In this document: positions 1 to 11,708 of the stretch, piece by piece
Position numbering within the stretch: the first letter of the stretch is position 1
How the letters are laid out: each line of letters begins with the position of its first letter
Assembly (NCBI GenBank): GCA_051294905.1
Contig: CM119371.1
Location: forward strand, 36,582,001 to 36,642,000
Direction of reading: 5' to 3'
DNA length: 60,000 nucleotides
Origin: Botryllus schlosseri
Lineage: Eukaryota
Notes under the pieces: generated by a model
Told to the model about the DNA's origin: nothing
Databases searched by the model: none
The model's input: only the letters and a program-made list of their open reading frames with translations
Program-made: the position numbers and the translations under genes

Positions 1-524
1 TCATTACCAGCTTGCTGGTTTCAAATAGACCAGTGTTGTAAATCCAATGTTGTATTCTGTTAGCCAGACTCAATGTAGGCTACATGACTTCATTTTCTGC
101 AAATGAGTAGTATATTCTATGGTTATGCTACCAATGTTTACCAATGGAATATTCAATATGAATATGTGGTATAGCTGGTTAACTGAAAATGATTGAAACA
201 TGAATTCCTCCAACAAAATTTAGATTTCTAGATGCACTGCAAAGTCCTTTCCATCAAATTGATAGTAATCTCATAGGCTAATAATCTGGCAAGAGTATTG
301 GGGCCAACCATATAGAAAAAGAATAATATTTCCTAAAAGAGCTTAAGGAAAAGGTAGGCTAACTAACATGATGTGCTGACTTTGTATTGTTGTTTGTAAC
401 TGTATCAAAGACATGATAAGTTTGACGCATGTCATTTTGGAAAATGCCAGACGAATACAATCTATTCATATTAGCGCCTACCTTACTTTGCAACTCTGCA
501 ACTAAACTATCTGCTTTCGTCTAG

Positions 525-698
525 GTTGATGAATTGAAGTTTATCACGACGAGAATCGGAAAATGCCGAGCTTGGCTTCGCTTGACACTGAACGACAGCG
601 CGATGACGTCATATTTATCAATGATTTTATCCAGAGAACATAAGTCCCTGCGAACGCAACACTACAGCAGCTATGGACTCTTTTTAGATGGGGAATTT
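525..698 (+). CDS. PLEKHM1: PLEKHM1-like exon (RUN domain; 5' exons lie upstream of the window)
   Basis: AG|GTT...TTT|GTAAGT. Translates VDELKFITTRIGKCRAWLRLTLNDSAMTSYLSMIL...LFLDGEF, matching the PLEKHM1 RUN motif GRARAWLRLALND. Full model join(525-698,6519-6679,9550-9599,10092-10159,10788-10907,13979-14978,17237-17386,18619-18901,20009-20357) = 2355 nt, one open frame. Confidence 0.9.
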
Positions 699-1986
699 GT
701 AAGTTGCATTGTGGTGTGCATTTAATGGTCAGGGTCAGCAGTTCTGTAGTCAATGCATTGAAAGGGAGAGAAAGCTATTATCTGTTGTTATTTTCGAACA
801 AGACCCGATGCAGTACTCGATGCAGTACTCGTAGTTTTAGCACGTTATGATGCTGAATTTTAAAACCCAGCTTGTGATGCAACCTGCAGTGATCAAATGT
901 TAGTCGTTGATGTAAATTGAATTGCTGATGTAGTAGGCTACTCCTATAGTCCTATGTACACAATGTAACTGCCAAGTTGCTAGGTTATCTGGTGTGCGAA
1001 AGAAACGCGTCACTTCTTTCCGAGTCAAATTGACTGGTCGAGTATTCAAGATGTGTCGAGTAGACTATAGGTATTGATTTTTCACATATTCTCTGTGTTC
1101 CACCACTTTGATGCTAATTTTCAGTTAGCTCTCAGTTCAAACGCCTTTAACGAAAGTTTTTTAAACTCAAAACATCGATGAATGTTCAAGCTTTGATCAC
1201 CTCTGAAGACCCCTTCTTATCCCTTGCTAAGCCATACTTTTAATACAGCCATTGCCGCAGATTAAACTGCCATAATTCGAGTTCAAGTGGATATAATGAC
1301 TGGCTTATCTGCAACAGATACATACATACAGCAAAATATTGATCTGCATCTGCATCTGCATCTGAGTGCTTTATGTAATATCATATAGGCTCTAAAGATA
1401 AAGGCCTGGAATCCACTTTGTTTCAAATAGTACAATCTTGATCAGATGGGACTACCGTACGTTTTCATCTGTGTTAGTCCTACTTTTATGTCTTAATGTG
1501 TCTTTATGTCTTTCAAAAATGTCATTGAAAGAAATACTCAGACGGTTGGTTATTTCCAAATTCAGTATTTTAAATACCATTTGATTTACGATTTACCTTT
1601 GCATGCTAATGATCCGAAATTGTTGTTTGCTTGTTAAAATACTGTCCCAATTCTCTCTGTTTGTCGACACGTTGACCCGCTTTTATAGTTTCCCTTCGCA
1701 GTTTCTTTGTGGTACAATGTGCAGGATCTCCTGGTGGCATTTCTCCCTAATGAGAGTGTTAGCCAGGTAGCCTCACACAAGGTATGTTGTTCTTGGATAG
1801 CCTGAGAACTTTGATTTTAAATAGGACCAAACAAATTTGTTGACTGAAGGTAGTGAACGGCGTAGAGTTACATCGAAGTTTACTGCTTCAGTGGTAGTTG
1901 ATTCTTGGCGTCTAATTGGAACGAAATGCTGGTAATCTATCTAATCTTATTTGTGGAATGATTTTATGCTCTAATTTTGATTCCGA

Positions 1987-2859
1987 TAGGGATGGTGTGA
2001 ACCTCTGAAAGGTTCAGGTTCGTGTGAACGCGAACCTTTTTGAAAGGTTCTGTGTGAACGCGAACGTGAACCTCGTGACGTCATAATGCTAATTCCAGCC
2101 CTAGATTTCAGTGAGTTGATATAGCAATGAGAACAATACTTAGCGACAACTCGGACCACATTATACCACAATGCAGGAGTAGGCTACATACTGACTTTTT
2201 AACTGTCACCAAATGTATCAAGTGGGGCAATCAAATGATATAATAATCCGATAAAATCAATATCTTCCGTCACCTTGCCAAGAATTTCGACGAGGACTTG
2301 CTGGAAAATACAAGCTTACGCCTTAACGGTATAGGTCTGACCTGACAATGTATTCGGCGTCTGAGTATTGGCACATTGATATTGAGCAGAGTGTAAAACG
2401 GGTTCCTATACTTGTTACATTACCCCATTACCAAGTTATACAGCAGTAGCCAACACCACAATCGCACGGATTTGGTTCTAATGATACAGTAAACATGACA
2501 AGTCAAGATTGACACCTGCAAGATTTTTTACATCAGAAAACGATATCAATCTCCTGGATTGGTTGAATAAGCATCATTCGATGACTACCTGTAGTGTATA
2601 TCGCTCGTGATGTTGTAAGTTTGCGGGTCAAGGTCACAGCAGATAGTCACTAAATATTCACAAACGGAAAGCTGTATATTTTGAGCAAACTTTTGTAACA
2701 AAGCAAGTAAAATTATAATATTATATATATATTATTAGAATTACAATACATAAAAAAGGTTCACAGTGCAGAACCTACCAAGGTTCAGTTGTGAACGCGA
2801 ACCTCTAAATTTCCGAGGTTCACACACAGAACGTGAACCTCACGTTCACACCATCCCTA
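1987..2859. mobile_element. Non-autonomous hAT-type element (TIR TAGGGATGGTGTGAAC)
   Basis: Terminal inverted repeats, perfect 8-bp TSD GATTCCGA, subterminal GTGAAC/GTTCAC repeats; inverted second copy at 47744-48752. Confidence 0.88.
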
Positions 2860-3072
2860 GATTCCGATCTAATTCCTGGCTTTCCTGTAAATGTTGCAGA
2901 AGAAATGTATAGTACGAAATGAGCCATGCTCGCTGTGCAGACATTTGCTATTCTCGCGCTCGTGAAAATGAAATCTTGTTTTTGATTTGATATGAACGGA
3001 ACTTAATTCTATGTTTTCGAATTTGGTAATTCTAATAACAATCGAATTGGAAAAAATCTGCATAGCCATTAT

Positions 3073-3523
3073 TAGGGCAATTTTTTGTTGCAGTTGAATC
3101 CGTGGAAAGTTGCATTTATTTTTTTCACTAGAGTTACACTAAAAGACCACATTTTGGTCGGTTGACTAAAAAAAGGTCAAGTTTCCGGCTCAGCTACCGA
3201 AACACCCGTAAGAGCGTTACTTCAGTGCTGATTGACAGTGTTTCAGTCGAATTTGGCCGTGTATTTCATTATCAAAACAGTGACATAATCAAGCGATCTG
3301 TTTACATATACTGCCAAATATTTCCAGCAAAAAGTTGGTCGCATGAAAAATCGAAAAAACTTTCATGAAAAATCGAAAAAGTTGCATGGAAAAAATGGAC
3401 AAAAGTTGCAAAAAGTTGCGCTATAAGATTCCTTCAAACGGCTTGAAACAGCATTTTACGTAACTTCCGAGTATTTAGGAAGCTGCCGGAAGCTGTAAGA
3501 AAAAGTTGCAAAAACTTGCCCTA
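3073..3523. mobile_element. hAT-type MITE (TAGGGCAA...TTGCCCTA)
   Basis: TIRs with TSD GCCATTAT/GTCATTAT; internal AAAAGTTGC repeats. Confidence 0.8.
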
Positions 3524-6518
3524 GTCATTATTCTAATTCTTGTCTAATTTGAAAACAACTATGCAGCTTAGTAGCTATAATTCTAATCTAATTTGGGAAC
3601 GCTGAAAGTCTTCTAGCTTTCCAAGTCTGCTTGCAGTGCCATAGGTTATGCATCTTATGGTGGGACAAATATCAATGTCATAGTCAATAGATAGTTGTGG
3701 AGTTATATCAGATCATTATTTAAGCGCTCTTGTGACGTTGTTCGAAATAACAGAAACTGTAGATGGTGGGTGACAAAGGTATTTTGAAAACTGATACTCT
3801 GCACCAACGTTGTCTCATTTATAGCAAACAAAACAAGTTATGATTAATCGTCTGGATGCGATGCGGTGCAGTCATAAGATACGGAAGCATACGTAGTAGT
3901 CCTAGTAGGGTTTCTGGCTATGACCTTTGGCTTTTATGTTATTCATGACTTCCTTGAATGAGCGTGTCAATAGCAATAAAGCATGCTGGGCATTACAAGT
4001 TATGTCGGAAAGTTGCATTGCAATGCACATTCTCTCGGATTATTCCGGCGTTAAATAGACAGTTCAACTTCGTCCAAAAGTAAATTGTTCAGATTATGAT
4101 TAACAAGAGTAAAGCCTACAAAGGCATAGCAATAGTTTTGAGGTAGTCATACGTTTATCCGGGAAATGATGATATCCTGTCTGATATATAATTTCCTTTG
4201 CATCCGCTCATGGATGTAGAATCAGGGAAATCAAGGCAAAGAAGTTGCTTTCAATTTACTTTTAAATCCGACTATGATACACGCAATCTGCTTGTGTAGC
4301 TATATGGTAGCCTACCGTAAAATCGGGGAAACCTTGGAAAGTGCTTGTTGTATTGCTCATATCCAATTGGCTACATATGACCACTGACAGTGCGGGGTAA
4401 TTTTAGGAACTCATGCTGTAGTATCGTCTGCTATTACAGCACTGGACATTGATCTGATTTGTTTCTTTGATTGAGTTGCCTAGGCCTGCAACTGATGAGT
4501 CATGATTTCAACGCGATTCGAAAATGCTCGATTCGAAAATGCCGGCCTGTTATGTAGGCTAATAATTTTCCAGCCTCTGGCGTCGAGACTGAAATATCAG
4601 TTGGAACGTCATAGCTTGTTACTTCAGTTGTGTAAGTGTGCTGCCATTACATCATTGCGGAATGTCATTTTATCTAAGGTCCTAATTACTAATGTCAAAC
4701 CTTGATATGTCAATTGCATTGTGTACTGCCACTAGGGATTGCCATGCATGTTATCAAAGCTCCTAATTACAGGTGTACTGGTCACTAAGTTTAGATCTTT
4801 GCTTATTAAATGGGCTACTATTATAAAGCATCTGTTGATGTTGGTTATAATCAATTACCTTGATGTGTACCAGCTCTTTTGTATGTAACGTACAAATGTA
4901 CTCTAACTTCAATTAAAGCAGTTAAGCTGCTCTACATGAATACGAACATGATAATAATGCTAGCACCTGCTCGTTATTAATATGTGATTCTCGAAATTCC
5001 TAGCCGGAAATTAGCTAAGGGTCGATTCAAAGACTTTTTCCAACTTTATAAAGTTGTCAATGCAACTGAAGTTTCCTGGAAATGATGTTGATAAATGTAT
5101 CCAGCGCCTAAATATACCTCAGAATTTGTAGTGCGGACTTTGAGCCCTTATTAACACCCTGTGACAGGTTTGCCGTTTGCTGACACATAACTTCTCACAT
5201 GGTTTATAACATGTTAGGAGTTGAAGTGAATGCTTGACATGCAGTATTGTTCATATTTATAGAATTAGTACAGATATTGTGCAGTTACTGGTTTATGTTC
5301 TGTCTTAGCTCAGCTACTTTCCATTATGACTTTCTAACTGACCATGGTTCGAATTTATGAAAAGACATCTTGTTTCATTTCCTGCAGATATAATCGGTCA
5401 GTGCGATTATCTTGCAGAAATACTGGCGAGGGTCATAGTTCCAAGTCCAGGAGAGGTTAATCTGCCCCTCGGGCAGGTTTTCTGTGTTATCTTGAAATGA
5501 CCGCAAAGTAGGCTACCTGCAATCGATTATACAGTTCCGTCAGAATCTTCTACAGTTATGCACAGAACACAATTTCGTTAGTTTACGTGCAATGATATAG
5601 CATAGTTTTTGAAATATCAAATGCTTTTTTCAATCGCGCGTAAATCGTGTGATTGATTTCGCCGTGATGTCAGCAGACGATTAGTGTGCGTCAACACGCC
5701 ATATTTTCGTGAATATTGCCCTTTGAGAGTAGGGCTAATCATGCGACTGCGACTCGATTGTTATATAACAACGGCAGTGTAGATGCGGTTGCTTATTAAA
5801 ACCTCATTTCGCTATCTGTACTTTGGTCCAATACTCTCAAGCCATTGGCAGTCTGTGTTCCACTTACATTAATTGAGATCTGGATGCTTCATGATTAAAT
5901 TGTCATTGATGTCACTAAAATTATGCGAGGCATAAAGTAGTGCACCATTTTCAGCAGTTGTAACTTGATGCCATTTAGCTCACGAGTATAACAATAACTG
6001 CGTATTGTTATGATGTGGTGACTTACCGTTATTGATTCCGTCTCTATGAATTAGACCCTCCTTGTAACTTTGGAAGGTTCTGAGAACCGTCAAAAATAAA
6101 AATTATCCCCTGAACCTAATTACATTATATGTATGCAGTTCAAATGTAAATGCTGCCTTTTCGATATAATATATTTAGATGTGGTTCTATTGAAGCCTCT
6201 ACGAGGCAAACTTCACGAATTTCAGTTACAGATCACTAACTTGATTGTGATCGTTCGGAATCGTTTGAATTAAATGCGACTTCGCTATTTGCTAGAGGGT
6301 CTATTTAAAAATTGATGCTTATTTCTCTAATGGAAAATCGTCTTATACTTCTTATATTTTTGAATTGAGGTATAAAATTATAATATATTTGACTGACCGT
6401 GTTTGTTAGATAAAGGTGTGGTACTGGTATTTAGTTTTTGAAGATAGTGGTACTTTTTCACTCTTGAAACCTCTAGTTCTATTTGTACTGTGTTTCGACG
6501 TATTGTTATTATTTTCAG

Positions 6519-6679
6519 TCCGATATCTTCCTGCGTCATCTTAACGGTATCGAGGCGTTGCCGTTCGATTTGAGCTGCAACTCGTCGATTTTGAACGACT
6601 GGACCAAGACCCCGCTCGAACTGGCCGGTCTGGTGCCTCCCTCGTCCTCCGACCCGCTCTACAAGATTCTGAAATTGAA
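6519..6679 (+). CDS. PLEKHM1: PLEKHM1-like exon (end of RUN domain)
   Basis: TTTTCAG|...AA|GTGAGT. SDIFLRHLNGIEALPFDLSCNSSILNDWTKTPLELAGL resembles PLEKHM1 [23 protein letters not shown]. Confidence 0.92.
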
Positions 6680-7094
6680 GTGAGTAGATTCAGGGATAAG
6701 AATTAGTCTAGTTATGAAATATGTGATCGAATCATGTCTGATGAACAACTTATTCTTCAATGGTTTTTCCTTGTATTTACAATGTGTTTTCGATGTGTTC
6801 GTGTCACAAATTTTTTCGCTTCTACAGCAGACAATTAGAAGCCAAAATAGCCTGTGTAATGCGTGTTTTCAATGTTTTATTCAAAGAGTCTTTGATCTTA
6901 TACCGCAGAGAATAAGTGCGCCTTCTTATAATAGCCTGCCTTGTGTTTTTTCATGTCTTTTCATGAGGTTTTGATCTTCTGCGCAGAGAATTGGCACCTA
7001 GAATAGCGTAGGTGTTTATCTCCTGGTTGGAGTTTGTTTTGTCCTCTGTCACACCTATTCATCAATTTTTACTGATAACTAGGGCTCTTCACAA

Positions 7095-7787
7095 CTAATT
7101 AGGTGTTTTCGCACATAATGTTAAAAACTTTTTGACTCGAAAACACTCAAATTTTTACACGGAATAACTTTATTTTAACGAAATCCAGACCTATGAAGAA
7201 TTCCGGTAGTTAGATCACTTATTATGGTAAAAATAATTGAAATTTGTTGTAGTACAACAACAAAAGATACTTTCCTACATTATCGGGTAGAAAGTGTCCG
7301 TCCTTACTAAGTATCTTGACAAAAATGGAGAAAGAACGTTCAACAGCAGCAGTTGTTGGCTGACAACACTCGTGCGTACGCTGCTGGCGACAAACCGTGT
7401 CGCTTCATTCTGACAATGTTGTCTACACAATTTTTCATCATGCGCTTCTTCATATAAGAATCAGTGCCCACGCAGTCTTGCTCCAGTTAGGATATTGCGG
7501 TACGTTGAGCATAACACCATGTCAACGTATTTGTTTCATTTGACCGTTTATGATTCACAATGCGCAGATAATGGGCCGTCCACAACGGTAGGCTTATAAA
7601 GTATAAGCTAGAAGCTGTAAAACGTCAAATGGTAACGTCACCGACAGTGCAACCATCCACTATACAAACAAAATGCAGGTTGCAAAAAATTTTGACTTTG
7701 TAAACAATTTTGAAAATTTTTCGACCTAACGCTACAATTTTGACGAAATTTCGACTTATTTTGACATGTCAAAAAAAAATCGCCCTA
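7095..7787 (-). mobile_element. Partial hAT derivative with dimerisation-domain remnant
   Basis: Inverted copy of 33519-34393; minus strand reads QPTTAAVERSFSIFVKILSKD; ends AAATCGCCCTA. Confidence 0.75.
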
Positions 7788-8176
7788 ATGATAATTTAGT
7801 GTGTGTGGCTCAAAGCCCACTGGATTCCGAATCACTCAGGCACTCGATTACACCCGGCGCTGCTCATAACTACAACGAAGAGCTATGAATTTTCACGTTG
7901 ACAATATCCTACTTTTCATCGAAGGACCAACAACAACCGGACGCCTTCAACTGGACGTTCCATATTCAAACATCGCGGTTCTGCCCCGGCCCTGCTGGGC
8001 ATGGACATCGCCAGTCGGTCTTTACCATCTATCACTGCGGAAGAGTGGAGTAAAAAATACGGAAAGTAAGGTCCATCTCGTGTGCGTTAATTGGCAATCT
8101 TTGCAGTAATAGACGCTGGGCCTTAACTAAATATATTTTAATTCAATTCTCAATTGCAAAATGTAAGAGGTTGAAG

Positions 8177-8937
8177 AAGGGTTGTTAGCAAGTCACAAGT
8201 TTTACAATTCAATCTTACTTTTATAGTTTTGACTTAAGTCAAGTCGAGTCATTTTCAATTCATCACCGAGTCAAGTCCGAGTCATACTGTGGAGACTTCC
8301 GATCCGAGTCCAGGGTTGTAACCAAGTCACAACGTTCCGAGTCACAAGTCAATCTCACTTTTCTAGTTTTGACTCGATTCAAGTCGAGTCATTTTCAATT
8401 CACCGCCGAGTTCGAGTCCGTAGAGGGCCGAGCCCGTGTCATACTGTTTTGACTCGAGCCCAAGTCATTGTATTCACTGTTCAATTTTCAGTTCAATGTG
8501 GTTCAAACCACTTTTTGCGACTCTGGTCGAGTGACATAGATTGGCTCGCACTCATAATATCGTAGTTTTCCTCACTCCCAACAGTTTCTGGCCCTCTTTT
8601 CCAAGTATCAGGACTGATAGACGAAATGCCGATAATGTGGGGACTTTACTGTTCTTCGAAAGTACAATGAAATGGCTGTCTTGGCCGTCCCAGTCTCGAG
8701 TGATGTGACTTGGTCCGAGTCATGCACAATTACTCGTACGAGACGAGTCGATAGAAAAATTGACTCGAGTCTAGTCGAGTCATTTGACTAATTTGAGAAA
8801 ATGACTCGAGTCAAGTCGAGTCATGACTCGAGTCATTACAACCCTGCCCAAGTCACAGTGTTCACTGTTTCACCGTTTTTAAGAAAATGATTAAATGAAG
8901 CGAGTCAACAAAAAAAATGTGAGTCATTACAACCATG
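8177..8937 (+). mobile_element. GACTCGAGTC-rich hAT-type MITE containing a nested copy of the same family (8311-8846)
   Basis: TIR CAGGGTTGTAA...TTACAACCCTG; outer TSD GGTTGAAG/GATCGAAG, inner TSD TCCGAGTC/CCCAAGTC. Confidence 0.8.
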
Positions 8938-9101
8938 GATCGAAGGCTTGGAAATTCCGAACATTTTTTCACGTGATATAGAGCTCATGTTCTGTGTTCA
9001 ACAACGCCTAAAGTGATGTGCCAAACATTTCAACTTCAAGTTGAAATTAGCTGCTCGATGATGATTGGAAATAGAAAAATTGGTGCTGCGAGATTATGTA
9101 A

Positions 9102-9465
9102 CAGGGTTGTAATGACTCTAGTCAGGACTCGACTCACGATTTTCTGATGACTCGACTTGACTCGAGTCAATTTGTGTATTGACTAGACTTGGACTCGAGT
9201 CATCAGAACCTGCTAAAAGTGAGAAAAATTAGTATACTATGAATGCGAACCATTCAAAATCACCAAACAGAGTTATAAAAAGCGAGTTCATCAAGATTCT
9301 AGCTGGAAACTGAGCAGTCAACGTATTGACTTGGACTCGGACTCGAGTCATAATACCAGGACTCGACCATCTGATTGATGACTTGGCTCCGGACTTGACT
9401 CGAGTCAAAATTATAGAAGTGAAATTTACGTGTGACTCGGAGCCTTGTGACTTGGTTACAACCAT
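9102..9465 (-). mobile_element. GACTCGAGTC-rich MITE (inverted, internally deleted copy)
   Basis: Same TIR family; TSD TTATGTAA on both sides. Confidence 0.85.
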
Positions 9466-9549
9466 TTATGTAATAGTGAAAATTACGTAGTGATGACCTA
9501 GGTTTCCGTTCTGGTCTCTTCTCACACCGTTCTCTTGTTGAATTTACAG

Positions 9550-9599
9550 AGAAAACTCGCCGCGTACGTCGGAAACTATACCCGAAGAAACTGAAACAG
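9550..9599 (+). CDS. PLEKHM1: PLEKHM1-like small exon (linker)
   Basis: TTTACAG|A...G|GTGATG; (K)ENSPRTSETIPEETET; phase 2 to phase 1 fits the neighbours. Confidence 0.7.
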
Positions 9600-10091
9600 G
9601 TGATGTTTTGTCGACCTTGGCTGGAGCTGGATTACAGATGAATCATTTTAGACTTAGTTAGAATGATGACAAGAAGTTCCTGTCAAGATTGATTCTTTTA
9701 GATATCGACAGAAAATATCGACTTTATGAGCAAAAATATGTTGCATTAGCATATTGGCTCAAATTCTAATATCGGCCGGACTCGAAGCGAAATTTTGTGT
9801 ATATTTTGACTTGCCTGTACACTTGAACTTTGTAGTTCAAAGTGCCCCCCCTGCTACACCTTAATAATTCTACTCCGCATTATATCGAGCGTGTGACCTA
9901 ATTTTAACTGGTAATACTCCTATTGGTGATCAATGTGCGTCAGTACAATCATGCATTTATGCCAGCCCTGGGCGGAAATGTATTTCGTACGCCAATGATA
10001 GAGTCATGGCTTGTTGTGATTAGCAAGTAGCACTGTGCCGACCATGCTGTTTTTTTGTCGTTAGTATTGTCATTTCTGTCCCGATTTTTAG

Positions 10092-10159
10092 ACGGAAACG
10101 TGAAAGAGGAAGAATCAGTCTTGCATGAAAGAAAATTGCGGAGAAGGAAAAAATCGATT
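10092..10159 (+). CDS. PLEKHM1: PLEKHM1-like small exon (basic linker)
   Basis: TTTTTAG|AC...ATT|GTTAGT; DGNVKEEESVLHERKLRRRKKSI; phase 1 to phase 0. Confidence 0.7.
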
Positions 10160-10787
10160 GTTAGTATTCTTTAGAATTTTCTTTCTTACTTTTCGCGATT
10201 CAACTTTGGTTTGCGGTGACTTGTGGTCGGACTGACGTTGTAATTTGCGACCGGGATGTTCTCTAACAGGGGTTATCATGTGCACTCGAATCGGAAGCTA
10301 ATATTATTTGTGAGTGATGCATCACATCCAGTAGCAAGGGCCGATAGAGCGTTTCATCATAAACACGCGGTCTGGCCTTCTCTCGCTGCGTGTTTCTGGT
10401 GAAACGCTCTAACAATTGTTGATAGTGTCGATTGCATTAGTGGAGCAAGAGCGGTTGGTCTTGGCTTGTTTGAAAGAAGTGATATCTGTCGTAGTGAATA
10501 GCACGCACCAATTTGCGCTTGGTACACGTTGTGGACTCTATTAGGTAGTAACCAAAACTTGTGTATTTTTACATAAGGTTAACTTGCTCTTCTTGATTAT
10601 ATACACGTTTGGTTGTCCTGTTCTCGTTTGGCTTTATGGCGTGGCTGGTTAGACGTTGACATTCTGAATCCAACGATATATTACTTGTTGGTTTCGCATC
10701 CCATTACGGTCGTGTTTTACAGTTTTGAAGAGTGAAGCAACATTTTTAACATGTATGACTATGGCTGAACTGTTCTTCTTGCAACAG

Positions 10788-10907
10788 AGCAGCACGAAAG
10801 GCAGCTGGTCCAGTCTGAGCAGCTCTTCGACGCCCGCCAGCCGATCTCCGGTGACAACCCCTCGGACAGGTAGCTTCTGCGAAACGCCGATGGTCATAGA
10901 GCTGCAG
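10788..10907 (+). CDS. PLEKHM1: PLEKHM1-like exon (Ser/Thr-rich linker)
   Basis: GCAACAG|AGC...CAG|GTTTGC; SSTKGSWSSLSSSSTPASRSPVTTPRTGSFCETPMVIELQ; phase 0 to 0. Confidence 0.72.
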
Positions 10908-11092
10908 GTTTGCGAGACAACGTCCTTTTGTGCTTCCGCTGCGTTTGTTTGTGCGTCGATTCCATCGTGAAATTTTAAAAGTTTTCGTCGGAGATTTTTT
11001 TTCATTCCAAAAAACGGATTTGAAGATGGTTCAAATTTCTGTCGAGCTAGATCGCAATTTGAAGGTGGGATTTGGAAGAAAAGCGGGACGTC

Positions 11093-11613
11093 CGGGGTTG
11101 TAACCAAGTCACAGGGTTCCGAGTCACAAGTCAATCTCACTTTTATGGTTTCGACTCGAGTCCAGTCGAGTCATTTTCAATTCACCATCGAGTCGAGTCC
11201 GAGTCCAAGTCAGCTAGTAGAGGGTCGAGTCCGAGTCATAGTGTTTTGACTCAAGTCCGAGTCATTGTGTTCAGTTTTCAGTTCAATCCAGTTCAACCCA
11301 CTTTTATCAACTCTGCTCGAGCGATATAGAATGGCTCGCTTTCATAATATCGTAATTTCCTCAGTCCTAACAGTTTCAGGCCGTATTTTCCAAGTATCAG
11401 GACTGATAGACGAAATACCAATAATGTGGTGACTTACTATTCTTCGAAGTTACAATGAAATGTATGTCTTTGCTGCCCTAGTCTCAAGTCATATGACTTG
11501 GTTTGAGTCAAACACGATGACTCGAGTACATGTTGCGTCGATAGAATAATTGACTCGAGTCGATGACTTGAGTCGCCAAAAAATCGCGACTCGAGTCGAG
11601 TCATTACAACCCC
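11093..11613 (+). mobile_element. GACTCGAGTC-rich MITE
   Basis: Colinear with 8311-8846; ends TCATTACAACCCC. Confidence 0.82.
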
Positions 11614-11708
11614 ATTACAACTCTACTCATTTGTAATTCAGTAATTTGCATTATAAGTTATTTTTAGGTCCTTGGTTCTAGTTCTAGTAAAGTTTTGAAA
11701 AGTGAGTA

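Noticed and set aside
8200..9470. GACTCGAGTC arrays as a CRISPR or restriction-site array
   Set aside because: Irregular spacing, no unique spacers, bounded by TIRs and 8-bp TSDs: MITE subterminal repeats in a eukaryotic intron.
10649..11140. 163-aa minus-strand ORF
   Set aside because: Antisense to a PLEKHM1 exon and starts inside a MITE; no recognisable motif.
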